Virus record (IMG/VR): IMGVR_UViG_3300017773_000009
Coordinates: 1 to 60,447 of that record
DNA: 60,447 bases
From: a virus
Strand: one strand, 5' to 3'
Part shown: piece by piece, positions 28,639 through 35,487 of the stretch
Layout of the letters: every line of letters starts with the position of its first letter
Position numbering within the stretch: the first letter of the stretch is position 1
Notes under the pieces: model-generated
What the model saw: the letters and a program-made list of their open reading frames with translations, nothing else
What the model was told of the DNA's origin: nothing
Databases searched by the model: none
Program-made: the position numbers and the translations under genes

Positions 28639-29249
28639 TATACTCCTACATGTATTAGTTCTGGGTCAAGAACTCCAGTAATATCTTCGTTCTTCATCCT
28701 TAAGTATTCAACCCCATCAATACTCATTGAGTAGTCTGATAGTTTTTTGTAAGCAACTAAATCGCCAACCTTGAATCCTTCTGAGTGTTTATTTGTATGT
28801 CTAACCCATGCACAACCTTTCATTTCGTCTGGTTCTGATTTTAACCACAAGCCACTTGATGTTTTACATGTCTCTTCAGAGAAGTATGCCCTCTCTAAGA
28901 ATACATAATCCTGAATCATTTCTATATCCCCATCTAATTCTTTCTTGCAGTATATGTGTTGGTACTTCATTTCTGCATACTCCTTACCCTCGTAATCAAA
29001 GTGATTATCTGGTTGACAGATAAAGTGATGAACAAACACCCTGTCTCCCTCCTCTACCTCAACATCAAAATCTTTTAGGTGACCAGTTAGTTTAGCAGGA
29101 ATCCTCCTAACTACAGCATCTTGGTTTGTATGCTTTAAAATATCCCAGCTTCCAGCTTGATAGAGTGTTACTTCAGATTTTGTTTCTGCGATGTCAGACT
29201 TATCTACAAACTCTAACAAACATCTATTGTGTAGTAGTTTATAGTTCAT
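28638..29249 (-). CDS. Tandem GroES/Cpn10-like co-chaperonin (203 aa, two Cpn10-like halves)
   Basis: C-terminal half KTSSGLWL...KGCAWVRHT...FKVGDLVAYKKLSDYSMSIDGVEYLRMKNEDITGVL parallels GroES KSAGGIVL...RGEVLAVG...VKVGDIVIF...IDNEEVLIMSESDILAIV. N-terminal half LLHNRCLLEFVD...ETKSEVTL...VEEGDRVFVHHF...YEGKEYAEMKYQHIYC repeats the pattern. Confidence 0.6.
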   Translation of the reverse strand: MNYKLLHNRCLLEFVDKSDIAETKSEVTLYQAGSWDILKHTNQDAVVRRIPAKLTGHLKDFDVEVEEGDRVFVHHFICQPDNHFDYEGKEYAEMKYQHIYCKKELDGDIEMIQDYVFLERAYFSEETCKTSSGLWLKSEPDEMKGCAWVRHTNKHSEGFKVGDLVAYKKLSDYSMSIDGVEYLRMKNEDITGVLDPELIHVGV

Positions 29250-29517
29250 CGTAAGCAGGATTTATATCATACTCAATAACCATTGGTTGACCAAAGAAGT
29301 CTTTCCACTTAAAAGCTTCTCCTGGTGTTTCAGTCTTTGAACAGTAAACACTGTAGCACACATCTCCAAAGGTTTCATGATAAGCATCATCCCTCATGAT
29401 GGCTTCAATCTTTAATGAGCCACCCATGATAACCCTGCCAACAACATAAGAGATACCATCCTTCATATCTCCCTTGGCAATAGTTATCTTTCTTATTGCA
29501 TTATTACTTAATTCCAT
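29239..29517 (-). CDS. Hypothetical protein (92 aa)
   Basis: Complete ORF, packed in the operon. Confidence 0.5.
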   Translation of the reverse strand: MELSNNAIRKITIAKGDMKDGISYVVGRVIMGGSLKIEAIMRDDAYHETFGDVCYSVYCSKTETPGEAFKWKDFFGQPMVIEYDINPAYDEL

Positions 29518-29769
29518 TTAATTGTCATTTAAAAAATTATCTATATCAGTAGATGAGTTTCCATCTAAATCATTCTTAGTATCTATAAAACCATATATCA
29601 TTTCATAAAAAACCTCATCATTCATATCTCTTGATAGTAGATTACATATACCAAGTTCGACATCATCATCTGCATATGTAAATGAAAATGCAAAGTCAAA
29701 CATCTTTATGTCTTCTTTGATTTTATCAAGGTCTTTAATTATTCTGTTTAGTCTTTTAGCTGAATCCAT
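29518..29769 (-). CDS. Hypothetical acidic protein (83 aa), first gene of the minus-strand operon
   Basis: ATG at 29769 lies 4 nt downstream of a TATATTTG box. Confidence 0.5.
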   Translation of the reverse strand: MDSAKRLNRIIKDLDKIKEDIKMFDFAFSFTYADDDVELGICNLLSRDMNDEVFYEMIYGFIDTKNDLDGNSSTDIDNFLNDN

Positions 29770-29773
29770 ACTA

Positions 29774-29802
29774 CAAATATATAAAATATTTTACATACGC
29801 AA
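29774..29802 (-). promoter_or_regulatory. Candidate promoter (TTG-N18-TATATTTG, minus strand) for the structural operon; near-leaderless
   Basis: caaatata at 29774-29781 and caa at 29800-29802 on the plus strand. ATG at 29769. Confidence 0.5.
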
Positions 29803-29860
29803 CCCCTTGTGAAAAACCCAACCCCCCATTGTGATTTACCTAACACCCCCTTTAGGTAAA
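29801..29860. promoter_or_regulatory. Control-region repeats between divergent promoters: two AACCCC..TTGTGA direct repeats plus a 9-bp inverted repeat
   Basis: aaccccttgtga (29801-12) and aaccccccattgtga (29820-34). tttacctaa (29835-43) pairs with ttaggtaaa (29852-60). The reverse complement contains ACCTAAAGGGGGT, the core of the iterons at 39988-40067. Confidence 0.5.
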
Positions 29861-29947
29861 CCTAATACATAATAATACATAGTATATAAGATATATATAT
29901 AATACTCTATTATAAAACCTAAGTAATATATATATCTCTCTATCATT

Positions 29948-29977
29948 TTGTTAAAAGAAACAAAATTCGTATATTTG
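29948..29977 (+). promoter_or_regulatory. Candidate early promoter (TTG-N19-TATATTTG), near-leaderless
   Basis: TTG at 29948-50 and TATATTTG at 29970-77. ATG at 29981. Confidence 0.55.
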
Positions 29978-29980
29978 TAT

Positions 29981-30220
29981 ATGCTAATCAAAAGGATTAA
30001 AACATTCTTTAAAGCGTTTGCAAGGCACGCTGAGAATGACTTTACAAAAGTACCAATGGACACATGGTCTAAAAGATTTAACCTGTGTATGTCTTGCGAA
30101 GAAATAGGCAACACAATACCAGAAACATGTAAACAGTGTGGTTGTGTTATATACTTAAAAACAGAATGGGCTTCAGAAGAGTGCCCAAAAGGTAAGTGGA
30201 AAAAATATGAAGGTAAATAA
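29981..30220 (+). CDS. Cys-rich zinc-ribbon-like protein (79 aa from the ATG; the ORF track starts at TTG 29948 inside the promoter)
   Basis: CMSCEE...CKQCGC...ECPKGKW cysteine pattern. Confidence 0.5.
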   Translation: MLIKRIKTFFKAFARHAENDFTKVPMDTWSKRFNLCMSCEEIGNTIPETCKQCGCVIYLKTEWASEECPKGKWKKYEGK

Positions 30221-30473
30221 TAAAGAGTTTCAAGCAACAGTAGAGGGCATAGTTAATTCTATGATTAGTAGTTTTAGTAGTTCATCAAATAACCTTAACC
30301 ACATCTTATCACACCTCAACAATACTGATACGAGACAGTCGATAATAAAAGCAGCTATACTTTTAGCTAAAGATATTAACACTGGTGTAGAGAAGGCAAA
30401 GAATAGTGGTAAGGATAATGTTACAATCATACAGGGTAATCAACATACAACAAACGCTAAAACAGTTTCCTAA
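30207..30473 (+). CDS. Hypothetical protein (88 aa)
   Basis: Complete ORF overlapping its neighbours by a few nt. Confidence 0.45.
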   Translation: MKVNNKEFQATVEGIVNSMISSFSSSSNNLNHILSHLNNTDTRQSIIKAAILLAKDINTGVEKAKNSGKDNVTIIQGNQHTTNAKTVS

Positions 30474-30772
30474 TGTCAGATAAACTAAAAAGAGCAAGGG
30501 CAACAATGAAGAGGTTAGGTCTTAGTGGATTTAACAAAGCAAAGAGGACACCATCACACCCAAAGAAGTCTCACATAGTGATGGCAAAAGAGGGTGATAA
30601 AACTAAACTAATAAGGTTTGGTGAGCAGGGTGCCTCAACAGCAGGTAAACCTAAATCTGGTGAGTCCTCAAAGATGAAGAAGAAAAGGGCATCATTCAAA
30701 GCAAGACACAGGAGGAATATACTCAAGGGAAAAATGTCTGCTGCATACTGGGCAAATAAAGTCAAGTGGTAA
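30473..30772 (+). CDS. Small highly basic protein (99 aa)
   Basis: K/R-rich. C-terminus is FKARHRRNILKGKMSAAYWANKVKW. Confidence 0.5.
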   Translation: MSDKLKRARATMKRLGLSGFNKAKRTPSHPKKSHIVMAKEGDKTKLIRFGEQGASTAGKPKSGESSKMKKKRASFKARHRRNILKGKMSAAYWANKVKW

Positions 30773-31449
30773 TACAAGAACTTAGAGATAACTTTAAGGG
30801 TAAGGAAGTTTTTATTGTTGGAGGAGGACCTTCTCTAAAAAACTTTGACTTTGAATGCCTAAGAGATAAGACAACAATATCTGTAAACCACTCGTTTAAA
30901 TATGTTCCCAATACAAACCTTATAACACACCTTGACTGGAGATTCGTAAGAGAGTATGGAAAAGACGAAACATTTATCAATACAGATAAACTAACATGGT
31001 CTAGACACCTAAGAAACAATAAATACCACGAAGCTAAACTATACCCAAGAGCATACGAGAATACTGCACTGATACATGGTACACACTACCACCAACAGAT
31101 AGGACTGTCAAAGGCAATAGATAAACAACACCCAAAGATTACACTACACACATCTGGTCAACTAGCAATACTTTTCTGTATAGCAGCTAGGGCAAGTAAA
31201 GTATACCTACTAGGCTTTGACGCTTGTCAAGAATACAAAGAACATAATCAGTTTCATGACTTCTTTCCAAAAAATAAAACAGGTGCACCTGCTTATATGA
31301 AACAATCTGTTGCACTACAGAGAATGTTTGACAAGTTTAATAACAAAGAAGAGATAGGGCACTTTTCTAAAAACAATATCATAAACCTTAACCCAGAATC
31401 ATGTATGGGTGTATTCCAAAAAATGAGTCCTGACTTTTTGAAGTCGTAG
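30766..31449 (+). CDS. DUF115/MptE-like (sialyl- or nonulosonate-transferase-like) protein (227 aa)
   Basis: N-terminal KGKEVFIVGGGPSLKNFDF...ISVNHS resembles the GxGPSL nucleotide-sugar-binding start of the DUF115/Maf/Cst-type families. Confidence 0.45.
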   Translation: MVIQELRDNFKGKEVFIVGGGPSLKNFDFECLRDKTTISVNHSFKYVPNTNLITHLDWRFVREYGKDETFINTDKLTWSRHLRNNKYHEAKLYPRAYENTALIHGTHYHQQIGLSKAIDKQHPKITLHTSGQLAILFCIAARASKVYLLGFDACQEYKEHNQFHDFFPKNKTGAPAYMKQSVALQRMFDKFNNKEEIGHFSKNNIINLNPESCMGVFQKMSPDFLKS

Positions 31450-31787
31450 GTCAATAGAAGTTTGGGGTTATATATATTGGTGGGAGCCACGCAGTCCAAT
31501 CCCAAAGTCGTTCTTCTCTAGTGGGTGGGGTCTAGCTTCTACTGGTCTAAATAAAAAGCGACTACTACCTATCCATACCTAGTAACTACTACTACTTTCT
31601 GGATAATTACCAACTACTTTCTGTTGATACATTACATCACACATGCGTACTATATATGCAAAAATAGAACATATGCTCACTGCAAGAGAAAAAGTCTGTT
31701 AGGATTGCTCTAAATGGTCTTATTTCGCACACCTACACAGATGATGCGTAACTCCCTCCCCTATTAAGCCTATTCAACCTTTAAACT

Positions 31788-31830
31788 TTACCAACAAACA
31801 TTACACAATTTACCACAAATTACCACATTT
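31788..31830 (+). repeat. Four phased TTACCAC(A)-type repeats (DnaA-box-like) in the 0.9-kb non-coding region
   Basis: ttaccaacaaac, ttacacaa, ttaccacaaa and ttaccacattt start at 31788, 31801, 31810 and 31820. TTTACCACA matches the relaxed DnaA box TTWTNCACA at 8 of 9 positions. Confidence 0.4.
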
Positions 31831-31993
31831 TGCTAGGTCTGGTATCTAGTAATGTTCACTTTTCAAACTTTAACTTTCAAAATCTGACGTTTTTAGACAA
31901 TTTCAGCACGACATTTTTGATGATTTTGGTGCCAATTTGATATGTTTTTGAAATTAATTTGTATCTAGTAAATGAATTTTTATTTAAATTTAT

Positions 31994-32025
31994 TTGGAAA
32001 TTAAAGTTCAATGTTTGTATATTTG
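31994..32025 (+). promoter_or_regulatory. Candidate promoter (TTG-N21-TATATTTG) for the ribozyme-punctuated early operon
   Basis: TTG at 31994-96 and TATATTTG at 32018-25. About 360 nt upstream of the first ORF. Confidence 0.5.
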
Positions 32026-32279
32026 CCCCAACAATCGTTCATTGACATACTGAATTACTGCGACATCAACGCTCACTAGGTTGCATACCTAGTATACTTG
32101 GCTCTCGTTCTCCTAGATTACCCTCGATGTGATATTGATAGGAAATAGGATAAGATAGACTCCAGATGATATGCGAACATCTCTAATCAAGTAAGGCGTA
32201 GTAATTTAGTTTTTGGGAAGCAGAGTAATCTAGCAAGTAGGTGGTACTACTGCGATGTGGTTACTCTAGGGTTTAGGGA

Positions 32280-32363
32280 AATTCGACAATGTCGAAACCT
32301 ACCTAGTTACTAGTGTAGGTCTAGTAGAGGTGGCTACTCTACTACTGATGAGACAAGCCAATT
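32280..32363 (+). ncRNA. Hammerhead ribozyme HH1, type II topology (stem II open)
   Basis: UGUC (32290-93), GAAA (32294-97), and stem III ACCUAC/GUAGGU with an inner CUAG/CUAG helix. GUC cleavage triplet with C17 at 32321. Stem I hairpin UAGUAGAG-loop-CUCUACUA (32322-44), CUGAUGA (32345-51), then GACA (32352-55) pairing back to UGUC. Confidence 0.8.
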
Positions 32364-32384
32364 AACCCCTAAATTTATTCTATT

Positions 32385-32714
32385 ATGAATTATTACGAAT
32401 TATCTCAAGAGATTTACTATGCTATCAAGAAAGGATTGCCAGTTGTAGCGATATATCATCACGATAACAATGGTACGTTGAAAGGTACAAAAGACTTTCA
32501 CCTACCTAGTCCACAAGTTTCTGGGACATATGCCCAGCAAGATACTTACGCTAGGATGAGAGCATCATCTCTGACTGATGAGATTAAAAACTATGTAAAC
32601 TCTAGTGAACATGAGGTAAGTGTTTACAAGATTTACACTATGGTTGACGATGATTGTTCTAATGAAACAAACAAAGAACCTCTTTTATATTCTTATTTAA
32701 ACAAGAGAAAGTAA
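32385..32714 (+). CDS. Early small protein (109 aa), unknown function
   Basis: ATG follows the ttaacccctaaatttattctatt leader. The stop TAA (32712-14) lies inside stem I of HH2. Confidence 0.65.
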   Translation: MNYYELSQEIYYAIKKGLPVVAIYHHDNNGTLKGTKDFHLPSPQVSGTYAQQDTYARMRASSLTDEIKNYVNSSEHEVSVYKIYTMVDDDCSNETNKEPLLYSYLNKRK

Positions 32715-32774
32715 TACTGATGAGACTTGATGAGTCGAAACATCCCTCACTATCTGGTGGGGAATGTCTATTAC
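32711..32774 (+). ncRNA. Hammerhead ribozyme HH2, type I
   Basis: Stem I GUAAUA (32711-16) pairs with UAUUAC (32769-74). CUGAUGA at 32717-23, stem II GACU-UGAUG-AGUC, GAAA at 32737-40. Stem III is 11 positions with one C.A mismatch and one U.G wobble. GUC triplet; cleavage after C32768. Confidence 0.9.
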
Positions 32775-32803
32775 AAATTATTAACCCCTAAATTTATTTT
32801 ATT

Positions 32804-33103
32804 ATGGTATTTGAAGTATTAAGAGAGAAACTAACCACTAGAGGTGGAGGTATCGAAATTGACTTAACTGAATTTGGTTACGATGACCAGAGAATGACTG
32901 CCTACCAGAATTATCTGGGAGGAGGTATGCTTGGTGGTATTTCTAATGATTGCACAATATCAGATTGGCAAGAGAGTCTTCACTTGAGACATATATCAGA
33001 TATGTTGAGAATGGAGTATGCCAACAGACTAGGTAGACTACTGGATGTAGACTCTGATGTTCTATTAAAAGAACTAGAGGTTAGACCAGTTAGTGCCTAC
33101 TAG
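32804..33103 (+). CDS. Early small protein (99 aa), unknown function
   Basis: Leader ttaacccctaaatttattttatt. The stop TAG sits immediately 5' of HH3 stem I. Confidence 0.65.
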   Translation: MVFEVLREKLTTRGGGIEIDLTEFGYDDQRMTAYQNYLGGGMLGGISNDCTISDWQESLHLRHISDMLRMEYANRLGRLLDVDSDVLLKELEVRPVSAY

Positions 33104-33167
33104 AGTATTACTGATGAGACCTTATAGGTCGAAACACTACTGATGTGAGTCAGAGGTTTCTAATACT
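33104..33167 (+). ncRNA. Hammerhead ribozyme HH3, type I (C.U mismatch at the 15.2-16.2 position)
   Basis: Stem I AGUAUUA pairs with UAAUACU. CUGAUGA at 33111-17, stem II GACCU-UAU-AGGUC, GAAA at 33131-34. Stem III has a GUGA tetraloop and is homologous to HH6, with compensatory changes. The triplet is UUC (C17 at 33160), so the pair closing stem III next to the cleavage site is broken. Confidence 0.72.
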
Positions 33168-33186
33168 AACCCTAAATTAAATTACT

Positions 33187-33363
33187 ATGGACTACAAAAT
33201 TAGCGAAAGACTAAAGATGACAATAGGAAACATTAAACACCAACAGAAGAAAGGTTTTTGCGATGATGAAGATTTAACTTTACTAGAGTACGAAATCAAG
33301 AAACTAGAAGAGGTACTCGAAAGGGTAAAAAAACTAGAAAAGAGTATTACTGATGAGACTTGA
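33187..33363 (+). CDS. Early small protein (58 aa; below the ORF-track cutoff)
   Basis: ATG at 33187 after ctaaccctaaattaaattact. Translation MDYKISERLKMTIGNIKHQQKKGFCDDEDLTLLEYEIKKLEEVLERVKKLEKSITDET*. The last 7 codons are encoded by HH4 stem I, the CUGAUGA core and part of stem II. Confidence 0.6.
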   Translation: MDYKISERLKMTIGNIKHQQKKGFCDDEDLTLLEYEIKKLEEVLERVKKLEKSITDET

Positions 33364-33398
33364 TGAGTCGAAACCACTAGAGATAGTGGTCTAATACT
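33343..33398 (+). ncRNA. Hammerhead ribozyme HH4, type I (fully canonical)
   Basis: Stem I AGUAUUA pairs with UAAUACU. CUGAUGA at 33350-56, stem II GACU-UGAUG-AGUC, GAAA at 33370-73. Stem III ACCACUA-GAGA-UAGUGGU is perfect. GUC triplet; cleavage after C33391. Confidence 0.92.
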
Positions 33399-33417
33399 AA
33401 CCCTAAATTAAATTACT

Positions 33418-33654
33418 ATGAACTACATAGAAGAAAAAGTTGTTAAGATGAAGTCTAAATCTAGGAGAAAAGAATACCTAGATAAGATACAAGAGAGAAC
33501 ACAGAATGATATTGGTAATGTCCTCTGGGCATTGGATATGAATCATCCAGAATCGTATGGTTGGCTACTAGGAGAGCAAGTAACTCAAGATGACTTGTAT
33601 GCTCTAGAGGAAGAACTAGATACGATAAACTCTCTATACATCTACACTGAATAG
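33418..33654 (+). CDS. Early small protein (78 aa), unknown function
   Basis: Same leader motif. The last base of the stop TAG is the first base of HH5 stem I. Confidence 0.65.
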   Translation: MNYIEEKVVKMKSKSRRKEYLDKIQERTQNDIGNVLWALDMNHPESYGWLLGEQVTQDDLYALEEELDTINSLYIYTE

Positions 33655-33708
33655 CAATACTGATGAGACCTAATTGGTCGAAACTACTCCTAGTGAGTAG
33701 TCTATTGC
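33654..33708 (+). ncRNA. Hammerhead ribozyme HH5, type I
   Basis: Stem I GCAAUA pairs with UAUUGC. CUGAUGA at 33660-66, stem II GACC-UAAUU-GGUC, GAAA at 33680-83. Stem III ACUACUC-CUAGU-GAGUAGU. GUC triplet; cleavage after C33702. Confidence 0.9.
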
Positions 33709-33741
33709 AATAATGCAATTTAACCCTAAATTTATTTTATT

Positions 33742-34599
33742 ATGACAACGAATGAAAGAATCTTTCAAGTATTAGAAGAAACTAAAACTAACTGGAATGT
33801 AAACAAGTTACCTCTGGTAGCAATAGATTCAGCTACAGACTACAAGTTTGAGACTGAAACCTATGGTTTGTTTCGCTCTGATAATGGTAACTGGCTAGGT
33901 AGCGTAGGTAATCGCTATGAGGTTATGCCTAATTCAGAACTAGCTGAAATTATGGTTGGTATCCAAGCTAGGTTTGGTGGAGAAATACTTGGAGGTAGTT
34001 TACAAGGAGGTAAGAAGATATACTATCAGATGACCTTACCTAAAGAGAGAATTGGTAATGATGTTATCAAGCGTAACATTACTTGCCTTAACTCACATGA
34101 TGGTACATCTAGTATTGGCTTTGGCTCAACAAATGTTGTAGTATCTTGTAGCAATATGTTTCACAGAGCAATGAAAGACCTATCTAAATTCAGACATACA
34201 ATGTCTGCTAGTGAGAGGTTAGCTATTGCAGTTGATGAATTTCAGAAAGCACTAGATACAGACAGAGCGTTAATGGATGACTTTCAGAAGATGTCTCAAA
34301 TACAGATAGATGAGACTATCCTAGAGAAAGTTATGGGTAGCGTATTCAATGTAGATATGAAGAGCAAGGTCTCTGATAACTCTACCAGAAAGCGTAACCA
34401 GATTTCTCAATTTGAGACTGCTCTAGCTAAAGAGACTAGAGAGAAAGGTGGTACACTATGGGGTCTGTTTAATGCAGTAACATACTATACTAATCACCTA
34501 GAGAAGAAGCAAGACCTTAACTACTTGATGTATGGTAGTGGCTACAAGAAGAACTTGACTGCCTTTAATACTATCAAGAAGTATATGGAGACTGCCTAG
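33742..34599 (+). CDS. DUF932-family protein (phage/plasmid-associated, 285 aa)
   Basis: Layout and motifs (CLNSHDGTSSIGFGSTNVVVSCSNM...; GGTLWGLFNAVTYYTNH) are typical of the DUF932/DUF945 family found on mobile elements. Confidence 0.6.
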   Translation: MTTNERIFQVLEETKTNWNVNKLPLVAIDSATDYKFETETYGLFRSDNGNWLGSVGNRYEVMPNSELAEIMVGIQARFGGEILGGSLQGGKKIYYQMTLPKERIGNDVIKRNITCLNSHDGTSSIGFGSTNVVVSCSNMFHRAMKDLSKFRHTMSASERLAIAVDEFQKALDTDRALMDDFQKMSQIQIDETILEKVMGSVFNVDMKSKVSDNSTRKRNQISQFETALAKETREKGGTLWGLFNAVTYYTNHLEKKQDLNYLMYGSGYKKNLTAFNTIKKYMETA

Positions 34600-34660
34600 T
34601 AATGCTGATGAGACCTCAATGGTCGAAACACTACTGCTGTGAAGCAGGGGTGTCCATTAC
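34599..34660 (+). ncRNA. Hammerhead ribozyme HH6, type I
   Basis: Stem I GUAAUG pairs with CAUUAC. CUGAUGA at 34605-11, stem II GACC-UCAAU-GGUC, GAAA at 34625-28. 11-position stem III capped by a GUGA tetraloop. GUC triplet; cleavage after C34654. Confidence 0.9.
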
Positions 34661-34686
34661 AAATGTTTAACCCTAAAAAAAATATT

Positions 34687-34884
34687 ATGGAAAAAGAATT
34701 AAGAAAGTTATCTGTATGGCTAAAGTCAGCAGACAAGTATGAATTTGGATATGACTCTACATATGATGGCATACTAGAAGAAAAGATTGCACAATCTCAA
34801 CAAGAGGTGTGTCATAAGATTGGAGAGTATATCGAGGAGATACTAGAGATTAAGAAGAAAGAAGATACAAGAGATTGTATTTAG
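34687..34884 (+). CDS. Early small protein (65 aa; start moved from 34639 to 34687)
   Basis: The listed 34639 start lies inside HH6 stem III. ATG 34687 follows tttaaccctaaaaaaaatatt, as at the other cistrons. The stop TAG (34882-84) lies 5 nt before pistol P1. Confidence 0.6.
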   Translation: MEKELRKLSVWLKSADKYEFGYDSTYDGILEEKIAQSQQEVCHKIGEYIEEILEIKKKEDTRDCI

Positions 34885-34888
34885 GGGA

Positions 34889-35045
34889 AGTGGACTACGC
34901 CACTATAAATAGAATTTAAGCGTAGAGCGTTTTATGGTACACTAGATGTAGTAAGTAGGAGGGTAATAGGGAGTTAGCCCCTCGTAAAAATCATCCCCAA
35001 AGGCAATAGTCAATGTGCTTTACATCAGTGTATCATAGAGGTATT
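34889..35045 (+). ncRNA. Pistol ribozyme Pi1 with a long P3 insertion
   Basis: P1 AGUGG/CCACU. Loop CUACG pairs with CGUAG (34921-25) as a pseudoknot. Linker AUAAAUAG-AAU-UUAAG, then A-GCG. P3 UUUUAUGGUA (34930-39) pairs with UAUCAUAGAG (35031-40) and encloses an extended helix. G35041-U35042 is the cleavage dinucleotide. P2' AUU pairs with AAU. Confidence 0.8.
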
Positions 35046-35068
35046 ATTAACCCTAAAATTAAATTAAA

Positions 35069-35344
35069 ATGGCAAAAGTAAAAATTATGCAAAGGTCTGT
35101 GTACCACAAGTACGCAGAGATAGAGATTGAAATTCCTATTTTACCAAATGGTTTTGCAGATGTTGACGTTCAAGAATATCTGCGTAATAACGAACACCTG
35201 TATATTGACAAGATAGACAAAGCTATTAGCGAATCTAACTTACAATATGGGAGTGGTGTAGAGGAGTACAGAGGTATGTGTGAACTAGAGGCTGACTCTG
35301 AATGGAGGTATGAATTTGAGAGTGGATATGGTGGACATCTCTAA
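35069..35344 (+). CDS. Early small protein (91 aa), unknown function
   Basis: Leader ttaaccctaaaattaaattaaa. The stop TAA lies 2 nt before Pi2. Confidence 0.65.
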   Translation: MAKVKIMQRSVYHKYAEIEIEIPILPNGFADVDVQEYLRNNEHLYIDKIDKAISESNLQYGSGVEEYRGMCELEADSEWRYEFESGYGGHL

Positions 35345-35345
35345 A

Positions 35346-35463
35346 ACTGGACTATGCCAGTATAAATAGGAATTAAGCATAGAGCGTTTTATGGTATGTT
35401 AGTGGTGTATAAAATGATAAAGTCTGAGGTTATCAAAACACACTAGCATATCATAGAGGTTTT
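35346..35463 (+). ncRNA. Pistol ribozyme Pi2 with an extended P3
   Basis: P1 ACUGG/CCAGU. Loop CUAUG pairs with CAUAG (35378-82). Linker AUAAAUAG-GAA-UUAAG, then A-GCG. P3 UUUUAUGGUA (35387-96) pairs with UAUCAUAGAG (35449-58). G35459-U35460, then P2' UUU. Confidence 0.8.
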
Positions 35464-35487
35464 ATTAACCCCTAAAACTAAATTACA

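Noticed and set aside
29836-30237. 133-aa minus-strand ORF spanning the divergent promoter region
   Set aside because: It runs through the control-region repeats and the candidate plus-strand promoter, and lies antisense to the zinc-ribbon gene. Its Tyr/Ile-rich composition is what an AT-rich spacer would give.
33192-33718. Minus-strand ORFs 33192-33377 and 33461-33718 in the early operon
   Set aside because: They are antisense to plus-strand ORFs that carry the conserved leader, and they read through hammerheads HH4 and HH5. The plus-strand 58-aa ORF (33187-33363) explains the first interval better.
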